From positions 4,395-68,394 of the forward strand of contig DATEJU010000128.1 of NCBI GenBank assembly GCA_035277805.1: DNA of 64,000 bases. The letters run 5' to 3'. This DNA comes from Paraburkholderia sp. (GTDB taxonomy: Bacteria > Pseudomonadota > Gammaproteobacteria > Burkholderiales > Burkholderiaceae). The translations under genes and the position numbers were made by a program. The notes under the pieces are model-generated. The model worked only from the letters and a program-made list of their open reading frames with translations, did no database searches and was not told where the DNA came from. Position 1 is the stretch's first letter; every line of letters starts with the position of its first letter. This document shows, in pieces, positions 20,413 through 30,148 of this stretch.

Positions 20413-20456
20413 CCGGTCAACTAGTCCGTATAACGCTAACTGACCGGTCGACTAGT
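20413..20456. promoter_or_regulatory. Tandem operator pair in the divergent promoter (probable AcuR sites)
   Basis: CCGGTCAACTAGT (20413-20425) and CCGGTCGACTAGT (20444-20456), 31 bp apart, flanking TATAAC at 20429-20434. Confidence 0.6.
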
Positions 20457-20512
20457 TCATCAAATACACCCCGCCGCGCATAAGCCGCGAGCGGCGCACG
20501 GAGACGAACGAC

Positions 20513-21907
20513 ATGGAAAAGCTTAATGCTCAGATACCGGCGGCTTCGGCCGCCGCCGAGCCCGGCGCGCCCCGCGTGCGCGGTTTTACCCGGATGTGCG
20601 TCGTACTGGTGGAGCGGATCATGCCCGATCCGTTCGTGATCGCGATCCTGCTCACGCTCGTGGTCTGGGTCCTTTCGATGGCGTTCGCCCCGCGCGCGTC
20701 GCTGCCGCAGGTCGTCACGAGCTGGTACGACGGCGTGTTCCGTATCGCGAGCTTTGCGTTCATGGTCGCTCTCACGCTCGTGACGGGGCACGCCCTCTCC
20801 ACCTCGAAACCGGTCTCGCGGCTGTTGCGCGCGATCGCTTCGATTCCGTCCACCGCGGCGGGCGCCATGACGCTCACGTTCTTCGTCTCGATGGCGGGCG
20901 GCCTGCTGAACTGGGCCGTGGGCCTCGTGATCTCGGCGCTGTTCGCCCGCGAAGTGGCCAAGCGCGTGCGCGTCGACTTCGCGTGGCTCGTCGCCGCCGC
21001 CTACGCGGGCTGGTCGTTCTACGTCTGCGGCGTGTCCAGTTCGATCGCACTCCTGAGTGCCACCCACGGTTCGCCGATGAACCTCATCGAAAAGGTCACG
21101 GGCAATGTCCTGCCGATGACCGGGTTCCTGTTCTCCCCGCTGAACTTCATTCCCGTGATCGTACTCGGCGTGGCCGTACCCCTCGTGTTTCGTCTGATGA
21201 TGCCGCGCGAGGGCGAAGCGATCGTCGCCGACCCGCAGCGCCTCGTCGCCGAAGACACCGTCGATACGCAGGACGAAGCGCCGCAAACGCTCGCGGGCAA
21301 GCTCGATCACGCGCGCCTTCTCAATGCCGTGCTGGTGATGATGGGGTTGGGATACATCGGATTGAAGCTCGTCAATCACGCGTTCACGATGGACCTGAAC
21401 ATGCTGGTGATGATTTTCCTGCTGCTCGGTCTTGCCACCCATGGCACGCCCAAGGCCTATCTGCGCGCCATCAACAACGCCGCGCGCGTGGCCGGGCCGA
21501 TCCTGCTGCAGTTTCCGCTCTACGGCGGCATCATGGGCGTGATGACCGCCACGGGCCTCGCCGATGTCATCGCGCAATGGTTCCTCGGCTTCTCGAACGC
21601 GCACACACTGCCATTCTGGAGCTTCGTTTCCTCGACGCTCATCAGCATGTTCGTGCCGAGCGCAGGCGGCCACTGGATCGTGCAGGCGCCCTTCGTCGTG
21701 CCCGCCGCGCATCATCTGAACGTGCCGCAAAGCGCGGTGGCGATTTCGGTCGCACTGGGCGAAGGCGTCGCCGACATGATCCAGCCGATGTGGGTCATTC
21801 CGCTGCTCGCGATTGCCGGCGTCGGCATGGGCCGCGTGATGGGCTTCACCGTGATGATCTTCTTCGTCATGTTCGCCGTGATGGGCGGCACGCTGCTGCT
21901 GTTCTGA
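20513..21907 (+). CDS. Short-chain fatty acid transporter (AtoE family)
   Basis: ERIMPDPFVIAILLT, ILLQFPLYGGIMG, FVPSAGGHWIVQAP, MIQPMW. Confidence 0.9.
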   Translation: MEKLNAQIPAASAAAEPGAPRVRGFTRMCVVLVERIMPDPFVIAILLTLVVWVLSMAFAPRASLPQVVTSWYDGVFRIASFAFMVALTLVTGHALSTSKPVSRLLRAIASIPSTAAGAMTLTFFVSMAGGLLNWAVGLVISALFAREVAKRVRVDFAWLVAAAYAGWSFYVCGVSSSIALLSATHGSPMNLIEKVTGNVLPMTGFLFSPLNFIPVIVLGVAVPLVFRLMMPREGEAIVADPQRLVAEDTVDTQDEAPQTLAGKLDHARLLNAVLVMMGLGYIGLKLVNHAFTMDLNMLVMIFLLLGLATHGTPKAYLRAINNAARVAGPILLQFPLYGGIMGVMTATGLADVIAQWFLGFSNAHTLPFWSFVSSTLISMFVPSAGGHWIVQAPFVVPAAHHLNVPQSAVAISVALGEGVADMIQPMWVIPLLAIAGVGMGRVMGFTVMIFFVMFAVMGGTLLLF

Positions 21908-21951
21908 CCCGGGCACGCCCACGCGCCTCTCTCCTCGACCACGGACCCGCC

Positions 21952-23457
21952 ATGCAAGCCAACAGCAACACCTTCGCACACCTGGGACACGGGCTCGCCG
22001 ATGCCTGCGCGAGACACGGCGACGCAATCGCCATCGAAGCCGCGCACGGGCAGCCGCTGAGCTACGCGCAACTGCTCGCGTATGGCGAAGCGTTGGCCGC
22101 GCAACTGCGCGAACGCGGCATGCAGCGCGACGAGCCGGTTCACGTGAGCGTCTCGAATCGTCCGCTCGACTTTGCGGCGTTTCTCGGCGTGTGGCTCGCG
22201 GGGGGCGTCGTGGTGCCCGTGCACCGGACCTCGCCAGAGGCCGTGACCGCACGCATGATCGCGAAAACGCAGGCGCGCTTCGTGATCGACACCTTGCGCG
22301 GCGAAGCCGCCGCCGCCTGGATCGACGACCTCGGCACGGGCGCGCTCGCCCCGCGCGCGCAACTCGCCGATGCGGCGCTCGTGATCTTCACGTCGGGCTC
22401 GACGGGCGCGCCCAAGGGCGTCGTGGTCACGCACCGCGCGTTCGCGGGCAAGCTGCGCGCCATCGACGAATTACTGCACTTCGGCCGTGACGAACGCACG
22501 CTGCTGCTCCTGAACATCACGTTCAGTTTCGGCATCTGGGTGAGCCTGCTCACGCTGATCGGCGGCGGCACGCTGGTGCTGCCCGAGCGCTTCGATCCCG
22601 CGCAGTTGCTCGAGCAGTTGCGGCGCGAGCAGATCCAGCGCGTGGGCGTGGTGCCGACCATGCTGCGCGCGATGCTCGCGCTGATGCCGCAAGGCGAAGC
22701 CGGCGTGCGCTCGCTGCAATGCCCCGCGCTGCGCCAGATTCTCACGGGCGGCGAGCAATTGAGCGAGCCGCTCGCGAAGCAGGTCGAGCGCCTCTTCCCC
22801 GCGGCCGATCTTGTGAACATCTTCGGCCTCACCGAAACCTCCACCTGCGACTTCTTCCAGTTCCCGGCGGCGCGCAAGTCGAATCCGCTCTCGATTGGCG
22901 CCGCGTCGGGTGGCGTCCAGTACCGCGTGGCCGACGAACGCGGCGCGAGCGCGCCGCCCGGCGTGGTCGGCGAATTGCAGATCGACAGTCCGTTCCTGAT
23001 GGCGGGCTATCTCGACGACCCCGAGCTGACGTCCGCCGCGTTTTCCGGATCGTGGCTGCGCACCGGCGATCTCGCAAAGCTGGACGCCGACGGCGCGCTG
23101 TATCTGATGGGCCGGCAAAAAGACCTGATCGTGCGTGGCGGCAACAAGGTCACGCCCGTCGAGATCGAAAAGGCGCTGCTGCTCTATGAGGACGTGGGCA
23201 CGGCGATGGCCGTGGGCGCGCCCGACGCGATTCTCGGCGAACGCATACACGTGCTCATCGTGCCGGGAGCCGGCCGCGAAATCGATCTGGGCGCGCTGAA
23301 GGCGTTCCTCGCGCAACGCATCGAAAAGTACAAGGTGCCCGACTTTTTCTACGTCGGCGAGGCGCTGCCCGTCGGGCGCACCGGCAAGGCGGACCGGCGC
23401 GAGCTGCGCACGCTGATCGAGAGCGGCGCGCTCGCCCCGCTCGCCACCGCATCCTGA
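21952..23457 (+). CDS. Acyl-CoA synthetase (adenylate-forming)
   Basis: IFTSGSTGAPKG, FGLTET, LRTGDL, GRQKD, TGKADR. Confidence 0.92.
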   Translation: MQANSNTFAHLGHGLADACARHGDAIAIEAAHGQPLSYAQLLAYGEALAAQLRERGMQRDEPVHVSVSNRPLDFAAFLGVWLAGGVVVPVHRTSPEAVTARMIAKTQARFVIDTLRGEAAAAWIDDLGTGALAPRAQLADAALVIFTSGSTGAPKGVVVTHRAFAGKLRAIDELLHFGRDERTLLLLNITFSFGIWVSLLTLIGGGTLVLPERFDPAQLLEQLRREQIQRVGVVPTMLRAMLALMPQGEAGVRSLQCPALRQILTGGEQLSEPLAKQVERLFPAADLVNIFGLTETSTCDFFQFPAARKSNPLSIGAASGGVQYRVADERGASAPPGVVGELQIDSPFLMAGYLDDPELTSAAFSGSWLRTGDLAKLDADGALYLMGRQKDLIVRGGNKVTPVEIEKALLLYEDVGTAMAVGAPDAILGERIHVLIVPGAGREIDLGALKAFLAQRIEKYKVPDFFYVGEALPVGRTGKADRRELRTLIESGALAPLATAS

Positions 23458-23472
23458 ACCACTGAGGCCCTC

Positions 23473-24288
23473 ATGACTTCATTCACGACCCTGCTGTATA
23501 GCGTCGAGCGCCAGGTGGCGTGCATCACGCTGAACCGGCCGGAGCGCCTGAACGCGCTCGGCAAGCACTCGCTCGAGGAGATCAATGCGGCGCTCGATCT
23601 CGCCGAAGGCGACGACAACGTCAAGGCGATCGTCGTCACGGGCGCGGGCAAGGCGTTCTCCTCCGGCTTCGATCTCAAGGAGCAAATGGAAGCGCGCCCC
23701 GAAGGCGAAGCGGTATGGCGCGAAATCCTCGCGCGCGACTTCGACACGACGATGCGCTTCTGGGACTGCCCGAAGCCGACCATCGCCGCCGTGCACGGCG
23801 CGTGCCTTGCGGGCGCGTTCGAGATCTCGCTCGCGTGCGATATCACCGTGGCCGCGCAGAATGCGCTCTTCGGCGAGCCGGAACTGAAGTTCGGCGCGGG
23901 CATCGTGACGATGCTGCTGCCGTGGATGACCGGCCCGAAGCAGGCCAAGGAAATCATCCTGACCGGGCTCGATCGCATCGACGCCCAAACCGCGCGCGAA
24001 CTCGGCATCGTCAACAAGGTCGTGCCCGATGGCGAACACCTGGCTCAGGCGCTCGCCATCGCGCGCACCATGGCCGTGATCGACCCGAATCTCGTGCGCG
24101 CCACCAAGACCGCCATCAACGACAGCTTCGAAGTGCGCGGCATGAAAGCGGCGCTGCAGCGCGCGCTCGAAGTCGATCACGCCATCGAGTCGGCGGGCTC
24201 GCCCGACAAGCAGGCATTCATGGCGGTCGCGCGCGAGCGCGGCATGCGCGAAGCCATCCAATGGCGCGACCGCCGTTTCGGCGAGTAA
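23473..24288 (+). CDS. Enoyl-CoA hydratase/crotonase family protein
   Basis: LNRPERLNAL, AFSSGFDL, LAGAFE, FGEPE. Confidence 0.92.
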   Translation: MTSFTTLLYSVERQVACITLNRPERLNALGKHSLEEINAALDLAEGDDNVKAIVVTGAGKAFSSGFDLKEQMEARPEGEAVWREILARDFDTTMRFWDCPKPTIAAVHGACLAGAFEISLACDITVAAQNALFGEPELKFGAGIVTMLLPWMTGPKQAKEIILTGLDRIDAQTARELGIVNKVVPDGEHLAQALAIARTMAVIDPNLVRATKTAINDSFEVRGMKAALQRALEVDHAIESAGSPDKQAFMAVARERGMREAIQWRDRRFGE

Positions 24289-24357
24289 CGCGCGAGCCGA
24301 CCGATCCCCACCCGCAACCCACTACGCACCCCTCATCCCAGACTCAGGAGAAACGCG

Positions 24358-25353
24358 ATGACCGACAATCAATTCAAGGCAATGGTGCTGCGAGAAGAAG
24401 ACAAGAAGACCCTGGCCACCATCGAAACGCTTTCGCTCGACGCGCTGCCGCAGGAAGACACGCTCGTCAAGATCGACTTCTCGACGCTCAATTTCAAGGA
24501 CGCGCTCGCCGTGACCGGCAGCGGCAAGATCGTCAAGAGCTGGCCGCTCGTGCCCGGCATCGACTTCGCGGGCACCGTCGTCGAAACCTCGAATCCGGAT
24601 CTGCGCGCGGGCCAGCAGGTCGTGCTGACCGGCTGGAGCGTGGGCGAAAAGTACTGGGGCGGCTACAGCCAGTATCAGCGCGTACGCGGCGAATGGCTCG
24701 TGCCGCTGCCCGAAGACCTCAGCACGCGCCAGGCGATGATGATCGGCACGGCCGGCTTCACGGGCATGCTCTGCGTGAATGCGCTCGAAGATGCGGGCAT
24801 CACGCCCGCGAGCGGCCCCGTTCTGGTCACCGGTGCGGCGGGTGGCGTGGGCAGCGTGGCCGTCGCGGTGCTCTCGAAGCTCGGCTACACAGTGAGCGCG
24901 CTCACGGGCAACCCTGACAAGCACGACTACGTGAAAGGGCTCGGCGCGAGCGACGTGATCGACGGCCCGCAATGGAGCGATGCGCCTCGCGCGCTCGAAA
25001 CGCAGCGCTGGGCCGCCGCCATCGACACGGTCGGCTCGAAGGTGCTCGCCCGCGTGCTCGCGGAAATGAACTACGGCGGCGTGGTCGCGGCATGCGGCCT
25101 CGCGGGCGGCGCCGATCTGCCCACCACGGTCATGCCCTTCATTCTGCGCGGCGTGAAGCTGGTCGGCGTGGACTCCGTCATGCTGCCTGCCAAGGACCGC
25201 GTGAAGGCGTGGAAGCGCATCGTGGTCGATCTGCCCATGTCGATGCTCGATGGCATCACCACGCGCACCGTCGCGCTCCCCGACGTCTGCGGCGCGGCCA
25301 GGGACATGCTGGAAGGCAAGCTGCGCGGCCGCGTGCTCGTGGACGTGAACTGA
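24358..25353 (+). CDS. acuI: Acryloyl-CoA reductase AcuI/YhdH (MDR family)
   Basis: STLNFKDALA, PGIDFAG, IGTAGFT, VTGAAGGVGS, LPTTVMPFILRGV. Confidence 0.85.
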   Translation: MTDNQFKAMVLREEDKKTLATIETLSLDALPQEDTLVKIDFSTLNFKDALAVTGSGKIVKSWPLVPGIDFAGTVVETSNPDLRAGQQVVLTGWSVGEKYWGGYSQYQRVRGEWLVPLPEDLSTRQAMMIGTAGFTGMLCVNALEDAGITPASGPVLVTGAAGGVGSVAVAVLSKLGYTVSALTGNPDKHDYVKGLGASDVIDGPQWSDAPRALETQRWAAAIDTVGSKVLARVLAEMNYGGVVAACGLAGGADLPTTVMPFILRGVKLVGVDSVMLPAKDRVKAWKRIVVDLPMSMLDGITTRTVALPDVCGAARDMLEGKLRGRVLVDVN

Positions 25354-25407
25354 ATCGGACAACCCGAAGAACACGACAACGCAAGACAACCCAACCCGGA
25401 GTCTCCC

Positions 25408-26229
25408 ATGAAGTGTGAAGACGTGAACGAAGTGACAAGCGAAGTCGTCGACGGTACGGCGTGGATCACGATCAACCGGCCCACCAAGCTCAACGCGCTA
25501 TCGTCGACGGTGGTCATCGAAATGCGCCGGCTGATCCAGCAGTTCAACGACGATGCCGCCGTGCGTGTCATCGTCATCCAGGGCGCGGGCAAGGCGTTCT
25601 CGGTCGGCTACGACATTGCCGAGGAAGTGGCCGCGGGCATCGAGCGCGCCGAAGACTGGCACGCGGCGCTCACGCGCAACGTCGATCTTTCGATGGCGGT
25701 GTGGGCCTCGCACAAGCCCACCATCGCCGCCGTGGATGGCTGGTGCCTCGCGGGCGCCTGCGAGCTCGCCATGGCCTGCGACATCGTGATCGCCACGGAC
25801 CGCTCGCAGTTCGGCGAGCCCGAGATCCGCTTCGGCTCCGGGCCCGTCACGATCCTGATGCCGTTTCTGATCGGCCAGAAAAAGACCAACGAGCTGCTGC
25901 TCACCGGCGATGTGATCGGTGCCGACGAAGCGGAGCGCATCGGCATGATCAATCGCGTCGTCGCGCCCGGCGAACTGCACGCGAGCGTCGACAAGCTCGC
26001 GAAAAAGCTCGCGCTCACGCCGCCCATCACCCTCAAGCTCACGAAGATCGCGCTCACGCGCGCCTATGAGGCGATGGGTCTGCGCCAGGCCGTCAACGCG
26101 AATCTCGACGTCGCCGCGACGCTCAATTCGGCGTATTCGCCCGAAAAAGCCGAATTCGCGCAGCGCGTGAAGCAGGACGGCCTGCGCAGCGCGCTCGACT
26201 GGCGCGATACGCGTTACGGCAAGCTCTAA
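25408..26229 (+). CDS. Enoyl-CoA hydratase/crotonase family protein (paralog of 23473-24288)
   Basis: INRPTKLNAL, AFSVGYDI, LAGACE, FGEPE. Confidence 0.92.
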   Translation: MKCEDVNEVTSEVVDGTAWITINRPTKLNALSSTVVIEMRRLIQQFNDDAAVRVIVIQGAGKAFSVGYDIAEEVAAGIERAEDWHAALTRNVDLSMAVWASHKPTIAAVDGWCLAGACELAMACDIVIATDRSQFGEPEIRFGSGPVTILMPFLIGQKKTNELLLTGDVIGADEAERIGMINRVVAPGELHASVDKLAKKLALTPPITLKLTKIALTRAYEAMGLRQAVNANLDVAATLNSAYSPEKAEFAQRVKQDGLRSALDWRDTRYGKL

Positions 26230-26327
26230 AGGCAACGGTGCATGTTCGCGTGGCCCCGCGGGCCGCGCGACGTATTCCGCTCATAGATTTCATGTGCTTC
26301 GTCATCCTCAATACTGCGGAGACATTC

Positions 26328-27977
26328 ATGAAGAGCACGATGCAAGACAGCCCGCTCGGCGTGCCCCTGTTGATGCGGCACGTCGCACGCGTCAATGGCC
26401 GCTCGCGCGTGGGCTCGTTCGACGCGCAACGGCAGCGCACCACGCGCACGTTCGCGCAACTTGCGGCGCGCGCCGGGCGCCTTGGCAGCGCGCTCCAGCA
26501 GCGCGGCTTTGGCACCGGCGCCGTGATCGGCACGCTCGCGGGCGCCTCGCCCGAGCATCTCGAAGCCTATCTCGGCGTGCCCGCCAGCGCATGCGTGCTG
26601 CACACCATCAACCCGCGCATGCATGCGGACCAGATCGTTCACGTCGCAACGCTGGCCGGGGACGAAGCCTTGATCGTCGATGCCGCCAATCTGGACAAAT
26701 TACGCGAGTTCGCTGCGCGCCTGCCGCGCCTGCGTCTGCTCGTGACCGTGGGCGGCCCGCTTCCCGGCGATCTCGCGGCTTCGCTGCCCTGCGAAACCAT
26801 CGATTATGAAACGCTGCTCGCGCAAGGCGAGCCGCGCCTCGACTGGCCCATCATCGACGAACACGAGACCGCGATCCTCTGCTTCACCGGCGGCACCACC
26901 GGCCTGCCCAAGGGCGTCGGCTACAGCCATCGGTCGGTCTGGCTGCAGGCGATGAGCCTGTGCACGGCGAACTCGCTCGGGCTCGGCAGCGCAAGCCGCC
27001 TGCTGCCCGCCGTGCCGCTCTATCACGTCAATGGCTGGGGCCTGCCGTTCGCCGCGCTGATGGCAGGTGCGGATCTCGCGCTGCCGGGCGCGTCGCTGCA
27101 CGCGCCGGACCTGCTCGCGCTCATCGACGCAGAAGGACCGACGCTCGCCGCGGGCGTGCCGACGATCTGGTCCGATCTGCTCGCGTATCTGCGCGCGACC
27201 CAGCGCACGCATCTCGGCGCGCTCACGACGATCGCCTGCGGCGGCGCACAGGTGCCGCAATCGCTCATCGACGCCTACGCCGCGCTCGGCGTGCGCATGC
27301 TGCAGGCCTGGGGCATGACGGAGACATCGTCCATGTCCGCGATTTCGCAAACGCCGGGCTGGATCGCCAGCGCCGATCGCGCGACCCAGGCGCGTTGCGC
27401 GGCGGCGCAAGGGCGTGTGGTGTGCGGGCTCGAAGCACGCGTCGCCGACCTCGGCGGAACCTTGCTGCCGAGCGACGGCGCGAGTGTCGGCGAGATCCAG
27501 ATACGCGGTCCCTGGGTCACGCACGATTACCTCGGCCAGGACGACCACGCGCACTTGCACGACGGCTGGCTACGCACGGGCGACCTCGGCACGATCGACG
27601 CCGATGGCTTCATCTCGCTCACCGACCGCGTGAAGGACGCGATCAAATCGGGCGGCGAATGGATTCCCTCGCTCGCGCTCGAAGAAGCGATCCGCAGCCA
27701 TCCCGCGGTGCTCGAGGTCGCCGTGGTCGCGCTGCCCGACGCGCGCTGGCAGGAGCGGCCCGGCGCCGTCGTGGTGCTCGCGCCGGGCCGCAGCGCCACG
27801 CCCGACGAACTCGCGCAGTGGCTCGTGACGCGCGTGGCGAAATGGTGGCTGCCCGAGCGCTGGGAGTTCGTCGAAGCCCTGCCGCGTACCGCGGTCGGCA
27901 AGATGGACAAGAAGCGCGTGCGCCAACTGATGCTCGAACGCGTCGACGCCGCAACTCCGGCGACCGAACAATCCTGA
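26328..27977 (+). CDS. Fatty acid--CoA ligase (AlkK/DmdB-like subfamily)
   Basis: MKSTMQD, LHTINPR, TGGTTGLPKGVGYSHRS, HVNGWGLP, QAWGMTET, IKSGGEWI. Confidence 0.9.
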   Translation: MKSTMQDSPLGVPLLMRHVARVNGRSRVGSFDAQRQRTTRTFAQLAARAGRLGSALQQRGFGTGAVIGTLAGASPEHLEAYLGVPASACVLHTINPRMHADQIVHVATLAGDEALIVDAANLDKLREFAARLPRLRLLVTVGGPLPGDLAASLPCETIDYETLLAQGEPRLDWPIIDEHETAILCFTGGTTGLPKGVGYSHRSVWLQAMSLCTANSLGLGSASRLLPAVPLYHVNGWGLPFAALMAGADLALPGASLHAPDLLALIDAEGPTLAAGVPTIWSDLLAYLRATQRTHLGALTTIACGGAQVPQSLIDAYAALGVRMLQAWGMTETSSMSAISQTPGWIASADRATQARCAAAQGRVVCGLEARVADLGGTLLPSDGASVGEIQIRGPWVTHDYLGQDDHAHLHDGWLRTGDLGTIDADGFISLTDRVKDAIKSGGEWIPSLALEEAIRSHPAVLEVAVVALPDARWQERPGAVVVLAPGRSATPDELAQWLVTRVAKWWLPERWEFVEALPRTAVGKMDKKRVRQLMLERVDAATPATEQS

Positions 27978-28021
27978 TTCGTTTCCGATTCATGCAGTTT
28001 CCTTTCCTCATGGAGAACCAC

Positions 28022-28576
28022 ATGTCGAATGCAACGCCCTACCTCGATCCGCAAGCCCTCGCCGAAACCGTCGATGCCGTGCGCCGCGAACCCACGCTCG
28101 GCCACGTCACGTTCTCGCTGGAAGGCCAGACCGATGGCGGCTTGCGCCTGAATTCGCAGACCGGCGCACTCTCGCAGGCTGGCAACGTCGACACCTCGCG
28201 GCGCGGCAAATTCAAGCTGCAAAGCGACGAGCCCGTTTCGCTGCTCGGCAGCGATCAGGCCGTGAGCCCCGCCGAATACGTGATGAAGGGCCTCGCCGGT
28301 TGCTACGCCGTGACGCTCGCGGCGCTGGCCGCGCAGGACGGCATCGCGCTCAAGCGCGTGGACGTGAATCTCGCATTCGACGTCAATCTGAGCGGCTTTC
28401 TTGGCATCGACAAGAGCGTGCGGCCCGGCGCGCAGCAGATTCGCGTGGACGTGGCCGTCGAAAGCCCCGGCACGCCGCGTGCGCAGATCGAGCAGCTCGT
28501 GCAGAAGCTGCAGCAGCGCTCGCCGATCCGCGATACGCTGGCGAATCCGGTCGACGTCGTCACGACGCTGAAGTAG
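28022..28576 (+). CDS. OsmC/Ohr-like protein
   Basis: DEPVSLLGSDQAVSPAEY...LAGCY, GFLGID, SPIRDTL. Confidence 0.85.
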   Translation: MSNATPYLDPQALAETVDAVRREPTLGHVTFSLEGQTDGGLRLNSQTGALSQAGNVDTSRRGKFKLQSDEPVSLLGSDQAVSPAEYVMKGLAGCYAVTLAALAAQDGIALKRVDVNLAFDVNLSGFLGIDKSVRPGAQQIRVDVAVESPGTPRAQIEQLVQKLQQRSPIRDTLANPVDVVTTLK

Positions 28577-28714
28577 CGCACGCCGTTGTTTCGCGGACGA
28601 GGCAGCGCAAGCACGCCTCGTCCGGCGAATCCGGCATCCGCACAGGTCCCGGATTTGCAAGTCGGCCGCAATCGCGTACGCTCGTGCTCACCTCACCCTC
28701 GTCGAGCATTCCCC

Positions 28715-29845
28715 ATGGCACGTACCTTGGCGCGTACCTCCGACCCCGCTGCGTTCGCGGCGCCCGCCGCCCCGTCGCTCGCGCTGCGCGTGCCGCCAGT
28801 CAACGTACCGGCGACCACGCATGTCATCGTTATTGCCGTCGATCTCGCACGGCGGCGGCACATCGACATTGCGCAGTTGCTTGCCGGCAGCGAAGTCGCC
28901 GAAGACCAGTTGCGCTCGCCGACGCTCAACATCAATCGCGCGCAGGAACTGCAGGTGTTCTCCAACCTGCTGCGGCTCGCGAAAGATGCATCGATCGGCC
29001 TCGCGATCGGGCAGCAGATGCATGTCTCCTGCTTCGGCCTGCCCGGCTACACGATGCTCGTGAGCGCCACGGTGCGCGAAGCCTTCGCGTGCCTGCATAC
29101 GTTTCCTTTGCTCATGGGCCTCTACTTCGACATCAGCGTGAACGAGGCGCGCGGCTATGTGGAAATTGTTCTGGATAACTATGGATACGAGCATGAGCTG
29201 GAAGCCCTGTTCACCGACATGTGTCTCGCGGCGATAATCACGATCGTGGAAGATCTCAGCGCGAGCGCGGCCGCGCCGCTCGAAATCTCGCTGCGCCACC
29301 GGGCGCCCGCCCATGCGGCAGCGCAGCGGCAAGGCTACGGATGCAAGATCGACTACGGCGCCAAGCGGAACAGCATCGCCTTTCATGCCGCGCTGTTCGA
29401 CCGTCAATGCCCGCTGGCGAACGGGGTGAGCTTCGACGCCATGCACCGGCAATGCACGCAACTGGAGCGCGAATGGGTGATCGCGGCCACGTCGGATTTC
29501 GCCACGCGCCTGCGCCAGGTGCTCGCACAAGACCTGGCGACCTACAGCTCGATAGGCCGCCTCGCGACGCATCTATGCATGACCGAAAGAACCTTGAGCC
29601 GGCGCCTCAAATGCGAAGGGCTGACGTTCCAGCAGTTGATCGACGAAACCCGCCGGCAACGCGCCAGCGAGATGCTGGCGCGCGGCATGAGGGTCGCCGA
29701 CGTGGCCGAGGCGCTCGGCTACAGCGATTCCGCGAGTTTCCGGCATGCCTTCCGACGCTGGTCGGGTATGCCGCCAAGCACCTTTCGCGAACACTGCTGC
29801 ATGGAAGACGCCGCTGGCGAGCACGCGTCGATGCGGCAACCGTAG
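28715..29845 (+). CDS. AraC-family regulator
   Basis: MTERTLSRRL, ALGYSDSASFRHAFRRWSG; start uncertain. Confidence 0.9.
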   Translation: MARTLARTSDPAAFAAPAAPSLALRVPPVNVPATTHVIVIAVDLARRRHIDIAQLLAGSEVAEDQLRSPTLNINRAQELQVFSNLLRLAKDASIGLAIGQQMHVSCFGLPGYTMLVSATVREAFACLHTFPLLMGLYFDISVNEARGYVEIVLDNYGYEHELEALFTDMCLAAIITIVEDLSASAAAPLEISLRHRAPAHAAAQRQGYGCKIDYGAKRNSIAFHAALFDRQCPLANGVSFDAMHRQCTQLEREWVIAATSDFATRLRQVLAQDLATYSSIGRLATHLCMTERTLSRRLKCEGLTFQQLIDETRRQRASEMLARGMRVADVAEALGYSDSASFRHAFRRWSGMPPSTFREHCCMEDAAGEHASMRQP

Positions 29846-30148
29846 GCCGTAGTCGATCCGGCTCTGAAACGTGGGTCCGCACGTTTCTCGCTGTGTCCTC
29901 ACGCGCCGCTTCAGGACCATCGGTTAGCACGGCGCCACAGGAGCCACTGCTGGTGCGCCGTCCGCGTGCGCCGCGGCGAGTCGTTTTCACGCCGAATCTC
30001 GGCACGCCGGGCTTGGCCCGCTCGATCAAGTGCGCAAAGGCGACGTCCTTCACGCCGGCATGTTCGGGCACGATCGGGACGGGCGCCCAGGCGGCAGGCG
30101 CTTCCAGCGCGGCGTCGAAATGCACGCCAACCGAGGCGCGAGAAACGG

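Noticed and set aside
20596..21951. 953-aa ORF suggesting a fused, giant CoA ligase
   Set aside because: The N-terminal part is an off-frame read over atoE; the ligase plausibly starts at 21952. Similar false extensions affect the ORFs at 14193, 26960 and 45506-47152
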